Assembly: GCA_964453715.1 (NCBI GenBank) | Contig: CAYVQX010000002.1 | Coordinates: forward strand, 1 to 34,756 | DNA length: 34,756 nucleotides | Origin: an uncultured Candidatus Saccharibacteria bacterium | Lineage (GTDB): Bacteria > Patescibacteriota > Minisyncoccia > Phycocordibacterales > XYD1-FULL-46-19 | Direction of reading: 5' to 3' | Shown here: piece by piece, positions 22,802 through 29,375 of the stretch | How positions within the stretch are numbered: position 1 is the first letter of the stretch | Layout: each line of letters begins with the position of its first letter | Notes under the pieces: model-generated | The model's input: only the letters and a program-made list of their open reading frames with translations | Told to the model about the DNA's origin: nothing | Databases searched by the model: none | Made by a program: the position numbers and the translations under genes

Positions 22802-23947
22802 ATGTCTAATATTTTAACTAGGGGGGTAGAAACAATTTTACCCAGTAAAGAGGCTTTATTGGAGCGATTAGATCAGGGTAAGATTAAACTTTATTTAGGT
22901 ATTGATGCAACAGGGCCGACTCTCCACTTAGGTCACTTAGTATCTTTGTTAAAATTGCGCGATTTTCAACAAGCTGGTCACGAGGTTGTTGTTTTGTGGG
23001 GGGATTTTACTAGCCGAATTGGTGATCCTACTGATAAATTAGCCGCCCGCCAAATTTTAACTCCTGATGAAGTAGAAAATAATTTAAAAGATTATCGCCG
23101 ACAGGTTTTATTAATTTTAGATGAGGACAAAACAACCTTCCGGCGTAATAGTGAGTGGTTTGATAGGATGTCAGCTCAAGACCTACTTACTTTAGCAACA
23201 GAGTTTACTGATAAGGATTTAACCGACCGAGATATGTTTGTAGAGAGAAAAAAGCAAGGTAAACCAGTTTATGCTAATGAGCTTTTCTACCCCTTGCTCC
23301 AAGGTTATGACAGTGTGGCCTTAGGTGTTGATTTAGAGGTTGGTGGTAATGACCAACTCTTTAATATGCTTTCTGGCCGTGATTTATTAGCTAAAAGAGG
23401 TAAGGAAAAATTTGTTTTAGCTAATAAATTACTAACCGATCCAACTGGTAAGAAGATGGGTAAAACTGAGGGCAATATGGCCAAATTAACTGACTCGGCT
23501 AATGATATTTTTGGCAAAATAATGAGTTGGCCAGATACCCTAACCCCCTTAGGTTTAGAGATCTTAACTAGGTTGCCAAAAGGGGAGTGTGAAGAACTTT
23601 TAGCCGGTCATCCTAAGGCGGCCAAATTAGCCTTAGCTCAAGCAGTGGTGAGTTTAATTTATGGCCCCGCGGCGGCCGGTGAGGCTAAGGATCAATTTGA
23701 GGCCACCTTCTCTAGTGGTGAAGCAACTATTGAACCAGTAGTTATAATTGCCGCCGCCGGGGCTAAATTAGCTGATGTTTTAGTGGTTGAGGGGCTAGTT
23801 AAATCTAAGTCTGAATTCCGCCGTTTAGTAGAGCAAAACGGGGTAGAAATTGAGGGGGAGAAATTGTCTGACCCAGACTACGAGATTTTAAGTGAGGTCA
23901 GTGGTCGTTTGGGGGCTCATCGATTTATTAAAATCAAATTACTATAA
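22802..23947 (+). CDS. tyrS: Tyrosyl-tRNA synthetase
   Basis: GIDATGPTLHLGHL (HIGH), GDFTSRIGDPT, KMGKT (KMSKS), C-terminal S4-like FRRLVEQNGVEIEGEKL. The start is set at MSNILTRG (22802) rather than 22730. Confidence 0.9.
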   Translation: MSNILTRGVETILPSKEALLERLDQGKIKLYLGIDATGPTLHLGHLVSLLKLRDFQQAGHEVVVLWGDFTSRIGDPTDKLAARQILTPDEVENNLKDYRRQVLLILDEDKTTFRRNSEWFDRMSAQDLLTLATEFTDKDLTDRDMFVERKKQGKPVYANELFYPLLQGYDSVALGVDLEVGGNDQLFNMLSGRDLLAKRGKEKFVLANKLLTDPTGKKMGKTEGNMAKLTDSANDIFGKIMSWPDTLTPLGLEILTRLPKGECEELLAGHPKAAKLALAQAVVSLIYGPAAAGEAKDQFEATFSSGEATIEPVVIIAAAGAKLADVLVVEGLVKSKSEFRRLVEQNGVEIEGEKLSDPDYEILSEVSGRLGAHRFIKIKLL

Positions 23948-23955
23948 AACAAATT

Positions 23956-23990
23956 AAAACCGCCCCAAGTTTTATCTTGGGGCGGTTTTT
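23956..23990. terminator. Bidirectional intrinsic terminator
   Basis: aaaa CCGCCCCAAG ttttat CTTGGGGCGG ttttt. A 10-bp GC-rich stem (23960-23969 / 23976-23985) is flanked by an A-run and a T-run. Confidence 0.7.
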
Positions 23991-23999
23991 AGATCTTAT

Positions 24000-24110
24000 T
24001 TATTCTTCATCACCCATCTCGTCATCATCGCCAGATTCTTCTTCATCTAACTCCTCATCCATTTCCTCCTCTAACCCAGTATCTTCATTGGACATCATCT
24101 CATCGTCCAT
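24000..24110 (-). CDS. Possible 36-aa hyper-acidic peptide (not in the ORF track)
   Basis: Hand translation gives MDDEMMSNEDTGLEEEMDEELDEEESGDDDEMGDEE (22 of 36 residues are D/E). The stop lies 10 nt from the bidirectional terminator. TTTAAT sits 7 nt upstream of the ATG. No homology known to me. Confidence 0.25.
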   Translation of the reverse strand: MDDEMMSNEDTGLEEEMDEELDEEESGDDDEMGDEE

Positions 24111-24224
24111 AAATTTAATTAAAAATTTATTTTGTTAATCCCCAAGTATTTACCCCAGGAATCGACCTTTATTTTAAGTCCTTCCTTTTTATCATAGCCT
24201 GATTTTTTTGCAAATTTTAGCCCC

Positions 24225-24701
24225 CTAAAGTGTGGATAAACGATTACCTAAGTGATTTAGGTGAGTTAGAGCTACTGCCACAGCGTCGTACTCATCATCA
24301 TATTTAGGCTCTTTAGGGAATTTAACTAAACGCTTAACCATGGTTGTTACTTGATTTTTATCGGCGTTACCGTAACCAGCCACTCCCATTTTAATAATTT
24401 GGGGCGAGTATTGATAAAGTTTAATTTTTTGCTCACCAGTTAAAAACATAATCATCCCTCTCACCTCCGCCACCTTAAGAGCGGTGGTTTGGTTTTTACT
24501 AAAAAAAATCTCTTCCATCGCTATTGAATCTGGTTGATAAGAGTTAAAAATATTTTTTAACTCTAAGCCTAAGGTGTGTAGTCTGGTGGGGAAGTCGTCT
24601 TTAGGTTTAGAACTTAAACAAGTAGAAAAACTTAAAACTCCATTTATAAATACTGCTACCCCCAAACGATCATAACCAGGATCTAATCCAATTATAGTCA
24701 T
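24225..24701 (-). CDS. ruvC: Holliday junction resolvase RuvC
   Basis: MTIIGLDPGYDRLGVAV (catalytic Asp), EEIFFSKNQTTALKVAEVRG, DDEYDAVAVAL. 158 aa. Confidence 0.9.
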   Translation of the reverse strand: MTIIGLDPGYDRLGVAVFINGVLSFSTCLSSKPKDDFPTRLHTLGLELKNIFNSYQPDSIAMEEIFFSKNQTTALKVAEVRGMIMFLTGEQKIKLYQYSPQIIKMGVAGYGNADKNQVTTMVKRLVKFPKEPKYDDEYDAVAVALTHLNHLGNRLSTL

Positions 24702-25228
24702 GAGGCATTAGTGTAAATATTTTTAATATCATCGTGATCATCTAAGGCAGTTATTAAGTCACTTAATTTTTGATTATCCTCTGGAGAGATAGGTAAGGTA
24801 GAGTTGGGTGAGTAGCCTTCAGTAGTTTTAGTAAAAGCCCAAGCCGCACTACCTTGACCACCTAAATTGGCACCAAAGTCTGACAGCAAGTGTTTAATCT
24901 CTGGAGTGGTCCGGTTTTTATTATCGGTAATACCCTCAATAATCATTGCTACACCACCTGGGCCATAAGCCTCGTATAAAACCGCTTCATAAGCGGCGCC
25001 GCCTACGCCGGCGCCTCGAGCAATAGCCCGATCAATATTGTCGTTAGGCATATTAGCAGCCCGAGCCCGATCAATAGCACTCCGTAGACCGGGGTCATTT
25101 TTATCGCCCCCACAACGCTTAGCCTCCACAGCAATAGACTTACCAAGCATGGAGAAGATTTTGCTCCGCTTAGCATCCACGGCGCCCTTTTTGTGTTTAA
25201 TTTGTGTCCATTTATTATGTCCCGCCAT
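24698..25228 (-). CDS. yebC: YebC/PmpR (TACO1) family protein, compact 176-aa version
   Basis: MAGHNKWTQIKHKKGAVDAKRSKIF..., YEAYGPGGVAMIIEGITDNKNRT. The start is set at MAGHNKW (25228). The ORF-track extension to 25318 would overlap ruvB. Confidence 0.85.
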   Translation of the reverse strand: MAGHNKWTQIKHKKGAVDAKRSKIFSMLGKSIAVEAKRCGGDKNDPGLRSAIDRARAANMPNDNIDRAIARGAGVGGAAYEAVLYEAYGPGGVAMIIEGITDNKNRTTPEIKHLLSDFGANLGGQGSAAWAFTKTTEGYSPNSTLPISPEDNQKLSDLITALDDHDDIKNIYTNAS

Positions 25229-25238
25229 AAAATATAAT

Positions 25239-26240
25239 CTACAATAATGAACCTTGTTTGTCTTTTGGCAACTCGCGACCAAGGTGGAAGTAAGCTTTAG
25301 GGGTAGCCACTCGGCCACGGGGTGTTCGTTCTAGGAATCCAAGTTGGATTAAATAGGGTTCATAAACTTCCTCCACTGTGGCCTCTTCCTCGTGGGTGGC
25401 AGTAGCTAGGGTAGAGAGGCCTACTGGTCCACCCGCAAATTTATCAATTAAAACCTCTAAGACGGCCCGATCACTCTTGGTTAGGCCTACTTCATCAATC
25501 CCGAGTAAATTAATAGCCTCCCGCACATTTTGAGGACTAATTGCTTCTTTTTTAACTTGAGCTAAGTCGCGACAACGTTTTAAAAGATGGTTAGCAATAC
25601 GAGGTGTAAAGCGACTGCGTTTAGCAATCTCCCTTAAACCATCAAGGGTTACCTCAATGTTTAAAATTTTGGCCGAGCGATCTAAGATTTTTATTAAATC
25701 CTCTTCAGTGTAAAAATCTAATTTAAAAGTTCCACCCGAGAAACGAGAGCGGAGCGGGGAGGAGAGGAGTGCTACTCTAGTGGTGGCGGCAATTAAGGTA
25801 AAAGGTGGTAAGGCTAATTCAATAACTCGAGCGCCGGGCCCTTTACCTAAAATAATATTTAAACTCCCAGCCTCCATGGCAGGGTAAAGAACCTCCTCCA
25901 CCGCTTTATTTAAACGATGAATCTCATCAATAAACAAAACATCGCCAGCTTGGAGGTTGGTAATAATTGAGGCAAGGTCGCCAACCTTCTCAATTGTTGG
26001 GCCAGAAGTATTTTTTAAATTAACCCCCATCTCTTTAGCAATTAAGTGGGCGAGAGTGGTCTTACCTAAGCCAGGCGGACCGTAAAATAAGAGGTGTTCT
26101 GGCGGGTGGTTGCGCTCCTTAGCGGCCTTTAGTAAGATGGACAGGTTGTTTTTTATCGCTGCTTGACCAACATACTCCTCCCACCCGCTCGGGCGGAGGG
26201 AAGAATCGAGGAAACTATCTTCAGGGCGATTGCTTGACAT
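25239..26240 (-). CDS. ruvB: Holliday junction branch migration ATPase RuvB
   Basis: LLFYGPPGLGKTTLA (Walker A), VLFIDEIHRL (Walker B), ATTRVALLSSPLRSRF (sensor region). 333 aa. Confidence 0.95.
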   Translation of the reverse strand: MSSNRPEDSFLDSSLRPSGWEEYVGQAAIKNNLSILLKAAKERNHPPEHLLFYGPPGLGKTTLAHLIAKEMGVNLKNTSGPTIEKVGDLASIITNLQAGDVLFIDEIHRLNKAVEEVLYPAMEAGSLNIILGKGPGARVIELALPPFTLIAATTRVALLSSPLRSRFSGGTFKLDFYTEEDLIKILDRSAKILNIEVTLDGLREIAKRSRFTPRIANHLLKRCRDLAQVKKEAISPQNVREAINLLGIDEVGLTKSDRAVLEVLIDKFAGGPVGLSTLATATHEEEATVEEVYEPYLIQLGFLERTPRGRVATPKAYFHLGRELPKDKQGSLL

Positions 26241-26247
26241 ATAATCT

Positions 26248-26275
26248 ATTTTATGCTAGTATCTGCAAAGATCAA
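26248..26275 (-). promoter_or_regulatory. ruvB promoter candidate: TTGATC - 16 nt - TAAAAT - 7 nt - ATG (leaderless)
   Basis: The minus strand reads TTGATCtttgcagatactagca TAAAAT agattat ATG. The -35 hexamer is the outermost 6 nt of the inverted-repeat element. Confidence 0.45.
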
Positions 26276-26439
26276 GCTCATAAACCTCCGAGCAATTTAA
26301 GCCGGAACGCTTAACGGGTTTTGGTGATAGGACGTGCTGGTTCCTCGCTTTGACGAGGGTGACTGTCACTATCCTTGAGCAATTACCTAACTTAAGTAGC
26401 ACTACTTAAGGGATTGCTCGGAGGTTTATGCCCTTGATC
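26270..26439. repeat. 170-nt element bounded by 27-nt inverted repeats (25/27 complementary); candidate structured RNA or MITE-like element
   Basis: Left arm GATCAAGCTCATAAACCTCCGAGCAAT (26270-26296). Right arm ATTGCTCGGAGGTTTATGCCCTTGATC (26413-26439). Internal hairpins are TTAAGC/GCTTAA (26297-26314), CCTCG/CGAGG (26343-26358) and CTTAAGTA/TACTTAAG (26391-26410). Confidence 0.6.
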
Positions 26440-26452
26440 AGGAGTTAAAGAT

Positions 26453-28144
26453 CTAAATTATCTCTTGGTTCAAATCAACTACGCGAGCGACTTCATCTAA
26501 ACTTGTTTCTCCTTGCAATACTTTAATTATACCATCCTGCCTCATGTCGAGGATATTTTGCGGTTTAGCCGCAATTTTTATTTCTCGCTCGCTAGGGTTA
26601 TTTATGGCTACATTAGCTACAGCCTCGTCCATTAAAATAGCCTCAAACAAACCCTCGCGCCCCTTGTAGCCGGTGTTATTGCACTTAGGGCAACCCACCG
26701 CCCGATAAATTTTGCCAGTTTGTGGTGGGACTAAGTCGGGGCGCTTAGTTTTAATACTGGCCACCACTGCTTTAATTAGTCTATCCTCATCAGGTTGCAA
26801 GGTATCCTCCTTTTTACAATAAACACAAAGTTTACGGACTAAGCGTTGAGCAATAGAGATATTAAGCGCCGAGCTCATAATTTTAGGATTTATACCTAAA
26901 TCAATTAAGCGGGGGATAGTACCGGCGGCATCATTGGTGTGGAGGGTAGAGAAAACCAAGTGGCCAGTTAAAGATGAGTTAATGGCAATCTTAGCCGTTT
27001 CCGAGTCGCGGATCTCGCCAACCATAATAATGTCTGGGTCTTGGCGTAAAGCGCTACGCAAACCAGAGAGGAAGGTGTAACCCTTACTAGGATTAGTTTG
27101 GGTTTGATTTATCCCGGCCAAGTGATACTCAATTGGATCCTCAATCGTGATAATTTTATTTTCTGACGTGCTAACCTCACGGAGGAAGGCGTAAAGAGTA
27201 GTTGTTTTACCCGAGCCAGTTGGACCAGTTAGTAAGATAACACCATTTGGCTTGCGGATCTCTTGGTCAAAAATCTTAAGCAATGAAGCTTCTACACCTA
27301 AGGTTTTAAAGGTGAGCTTAATTGTCTCAGGGTTTAAAACTCGGAGTACAATAGACTCGCCATAAGCGCCGGGTAAAATACTCGTTCTAATCTCCATCTC
27401 AATACCACCAACTTTAATCGAGAAGCGACCATCTTGCGCCGCTTGCTTAATGTTTAACTTTAAACCAGAGACTAATTTAATCCGTGAGAGGATCGGCTGA
27501 TAAACTCGTCGGTCTAAATTGGCTACATCCTCCAAAACGCCGTCTAAGCGATAACGTAAACGGATAACCTCCTCCTCTGGCTCGAGGTGAATATCTGAAG
27601 CATCGGTAACCAAGGCGCCAGCGAGGAAGGTCTCTACGATCCCAGTGATGCCACCACCTTTTAAAGTTAACTCCGCCTGCTTAGCGATCTCGTCTTGAAC
27701 ATCACTAAGCGTCTTCATGGTTTTTAACTGCTCGGTAATGGTCTCGTTGGAGATATCAATAACGCCAATATCGGTGGGCGCAGAGTTTATAATCTCGGCG
27801 TAACGCTCCCAAGCGTGCTTTAAGCTGGTAACCGAGCAAACATAGAGATTAACTTTAAAGTTTTTATTCTCTAAGTCGGCAATAATCTCTTTAACAGCGT
27901 CACTGGTGGGAGATAAAGCGGCTAAATATAACTCCTTACCCTTAACACGGAAGAGGGCAATGTTAGCAGCGCGCGCCTCAACCTCAGGGATTAAACGTAA
28001 AGCGTCGGTGTTGATAGGGGTTTTTGAAAGATCAAGATAGGGCCGGCCGTATTTGGCGGCTAAAATCTCCGCCAACTCCTCCGCCTCTTTTAAATGTAAA
28101 TCAGAGAGTTGTTTATCAGACTTATCTTCATTGAAGTTGATCAT
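26453..28144 (-). CDS. pilB: GspE/PilB-family secretion ATPase (type IV pilus assembly ATPase-like), 563 aa
   Basis: N-terminal GSPII_E-type domain, Walker A LLTGPTGSGKTTTLY, IITIEDPIE, DPDIIMVGEIRD, GHLVFSTLHTN, and a tetra-Cys motif CVYCKK...CPKCNNTGYKGREGLFE. Confidence 0.9.
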   Translation of the reverse strand: MINFNEDKSDKQLSDLHLKEAEELAEILAAKYGRPYLDLSKTPINTDALRLIPEVEARAANIALFRVKGKELYLAALSPTSDAVKEIIADLENKNFKVNLYVCSVTSLKHAWERYAEIINSAPTDIGVIDISNETITEQLKTMKTLSDVQDEIAKQAELTLKGGGITGIVETFLAGALVTDASDIHLEPEEEVIRLRYRLDGVLEDVANLDRRVYQPILSRIKLVSGLKLNIKQAAQDGRFSIKVGGIEMEIRTSILPGAYGESIVLRVLNPETIKLTFKTLGVEASLLKIFDQEIRKPNGVILLTGPTGSGKTTTLYAFLREVSTSENKIITIEDPIEYHLAGINQTQTNPSKGYTFLSGLRSALRQDPDIIMVGEIRDSETAKIAINSSLTGHLVFSTLHTNDAAGTIPRLIDLGINPKIMSSALNISIAQRLVRKLCVYCKKEDTLQPDEDRLIKAVVASIKTKRPDLVPPQTGKIYRAVGCPKCNNTGYKGREGLFEAILMDEAVANVAINNPSEREIKIAAKPQNILDMRQDGIIKVLQGETSLDEVARVVDLNQEII

Positions 28145-28151
28145 CCCTTAC

Positions 28152-28157
28152 AGTTTA
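28152..28157 (-). promoter_or_regulatory. -10-like TAAACT (minus strand), 7 nt upstream of the pilB ATG
   Basis: The minus strand reads cTAAACTgtaagggATG. A weak TTGTTT lies 17 nt upstream. Confidence 0.35.
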
Positions 28158-28219
28158 GTCTGGATTGACCGCAAAAACAATTTACGCGGCCATCTGATCT
28201 CATTCCTAGCACTCAAAGC

Positions 28220-28228
28220 TTATCCACA
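28220..28228 (+). promoter_or_regulatory. Perfect TTATCCACA 9-mer in the pilB / lipoprotein divergent intergenic region
   Basis: Exact match read from the sequence. The function is not established. Confidence 0.35.
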
Positions 28229-28280
28229 CAACCTTGTAAAACAGGGGATTTGTGCCATAAGCCACCTTACTTAAGGGTAT

Positions 28281-28309
28281 TTGACAAAATAACAGTTTAG
28301 GTGTATAAT
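28281..28309 (+). promoter_or_regulatory. Perfect sigma70 consensus promoter TTGACA - 17 nt - TATAAT
   Basis: TTGACA at 28281-28286, TATAAT at 28304-28309. Followed by a ~70-nt leader and the SD AAGGGAG (28368-28374), 7 nt before ATG 28382. Confidence 0.65.
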
Positions 28310-28381
28310 ATAAGTAGTAGAGTATAGATGGACCTTGGTAAAAATGGCCCAAATAGGGCTAAAAATAAGGGAGAATGTAGA

Positions 28382-28861
28382 ATGTTTAAGCATTTTTTGC
28401 TGGTGTTGGTAGTGGCTGGTTTGGTTCTCGCGCAGGGTTGTGCGACGACGACTGGGCCGGCGACGGTAATAAATCCGGCCACTGGTCAGGTGGTGGACGT
28501 GCCGTCCGGTAATCGCGTCATTGTGGTTACCCCGGGAGACCCGACCTTGCGCTCTGGTGCGTCGAGTGATGTGTACCGCCATGTGGAAACCATGGCGGAA
28601 ATCAATCAACGCGCCAACGCCGACCAGCTCCGCTACCAAGCGGAGAAAGATAGGAATCAATCCTATCTTCAGCAAAACATTGTCAGGGAGGCGAGCCAAA
28701 ACTTGCAAACTTGGCAGCGCGAGCGGACATACCGCTCGCAGAACTTGCAGCGGACAGTGAGTGATTTGACTCGGAGCTACTACAGCTCGCAGGGTCAGAA
28801 AACTTACTCGGCACCGCGGCAAACCGCACCGCGACCAATATTCTTCCCGCGCCCGCGCTAA
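28382..28861 (+). CDS. GC-rich putative lipoprotein, 159 aa, unknown function
   Basis: MFKHFLLVLVVAGLVLAQGC is a signal peptide plus lipobox-compatible LAQGC. The C-terminal half is Q/R-rich. Hand-counted GC is 63% (28441-28500) and 60% (28681-28740). Codons are G/C-ending (GCG, ACG, CCG, CGC). The start is set at 28382, not 28328. Confidence 0.7.
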   Translation: MFKHFLLVLVVAGLVLAQGCATTTGPATVINPATGQVVDVPSGNRVIVVTPGDPTLRSGASSDVYRHVETMAEINQRANADQLRYQAEKDRNQSYLQQNIVREASQNLQTWQRERTYRSQNLQRTVSDLTRSYYSSQGQKTYSAPRQTAPRPIFFPRPR

Positions 28862-28875
28862 GCGCGGGCGCCCTC

Positions 28876-28914
28876 AATCGCTAGCTTGGGTCTCCCAGGC
28901 TAGCGATTTTTTTT
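28876..28914 (+). terminator. Strong intrinsic terminator
   Basis: AATCGCTAGCTTGGG tct CCCAGGCTAGCGATT forms a 15-bp stem (one G-U pair) followed by a run of 8 T. A second 8-bp palindrome GCCCGCGC taa GCGCGGGC spans the stop codon (28851-28869). Confidence 0.8.
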
Positions 28915-28915
28915 A

Positions 28916-28924
28916 TGTTAAACT
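28916..28924 (+). promoter_or_regulatory. Extended -10 TGt-TAAACT, 7 nt upstream of the tsaE ATG
   Basis: aTGtTAAACTagccctaATG. Confidence 0.45.
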
Positions 28925-28931
28925 AGCCCTA

Positions 28932-29375
28932 ATGCAAGTAACCACCCATTCTCCTGAAGAGACGGCCGATTTGGCGGCGGAGGTACTCCGTCGCTTAGGG
29001 TGCGGTACACGAGCTAGAGTTTTAGGTCTCCGTGGCGATTTAGGTGCGGGTAAAACCACCTTCACTCAAAGTTTGGCCAAGTCTTTAGGTGTAACTGAAG
29101 TGGTTACCAGTCCAACTTTTATTATTGAGAAGGTTTATCAACTAGCCTCTAACGCTCCTTTTCATCATCTTGTTCATGTTGATGCTTATCGTTTAGAATC
29201 ACCGGCCGAGTTGGCCCATTTAGGTTTTGATGATTTGTTGGCCGATACTGGTAATTTAATTGTGGTGGAGTGGCCCGAGCGGGTAGAGGAGTTATTACCA
29301 CCAGAGACAATTTATTTTGACTTTGAGTTTATTGATGATCATACTCGCCAAATTACTTATGAAGAGCGCCACTAA
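28932..29375 (+). CDS. tsaE: tRNA t6A37 biosynthesis ATPase TsaE (YjeE)
   Basis: LRGDLGAGKTTFTQ (P-loop), SPTFII, HVDAYRL. 147 aa. Confidence 0.88.
   Translation: MQVTTHSPEETADLAAEVLRRLGCGTRARVLGLRGDLGAGKTTFTQSLAKSLGVTEVVTSPTFIIEKVYQLASNAPFHHLVHVDAYRLESPAELAHLGFDDLLADTGNLIVVEWPERVEELLPPETIYFDFEFIDDHTRQITYEERH

Noticed and set aside
25229-25318. N-terminal extension of yebC overlapping the 3' end of ruvB.
   Set aside because: The family starts with MAGHNKW (25228). The extension would overlap 80 nt of ruvB coding sequence.
26270-26439. Identification of the inverted-repeat element as SRP RNA, 6S RNA, tmRNA, RNase P RNA or a tRNA.
   Set aside because: On the minus strand, GUCACCCUCG-UCAAAG-CGAGGAACCAGCAC only loosely recalls the SRP domain IV pattern (GUCAGGUCC-GGAA-GGAAGCAGCC), and the conserved GG and GNRA loop are missing. 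There is no GAGGAAAGUCC (RNase P), no T-arm GGTTCGA, and no CCA-type acceptor. A 27-bp nearly perfect closing stem is atypical for 6S. Left unclassified.
26263-26453. Target-site duplication supporting a MITE interpretation (AAAGATC at 26267-26273 and 26447-26453).
   Set aside because: The left copy overlaps the repeat arm, and the right copy is 7 nt away from the arm end. So it does not flank the element the way a TSD should. The MITE idea is kept only as an alternative that needs genome-wide copy counting.
28328-28381. Upstream ATG for the lipoprotein ORF.
   Set aside because: The SD AAGGGAG is positioned for ATG 28382. The signal peptide begins at MFKHF. The extension is hydrophilic and would bury the signal peptide.
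28271-28877. Long ORFs antisense to, or in other frames of, the lipoprotein gene (28271-28822 minus, 28297-28482 minus, 28521-28760 plus, 28683-28877 minus).
   Set aside because: They lie inside a ~60% GC gene, where stop codons are rare in all frames. They have no start context, signal or motif. The plus-strand frame has a promoter, an SD, a lipoprotein signal peptide and a terminator.
29317-29358. N-terminal extension of polA (MTLSLLMIILAKLL).
   Set aside because: It is a hydrophobic out-of-family sequence lying inside tsaE. The 5' nuclease domain alignment starts just after MKSATKNN (29359).
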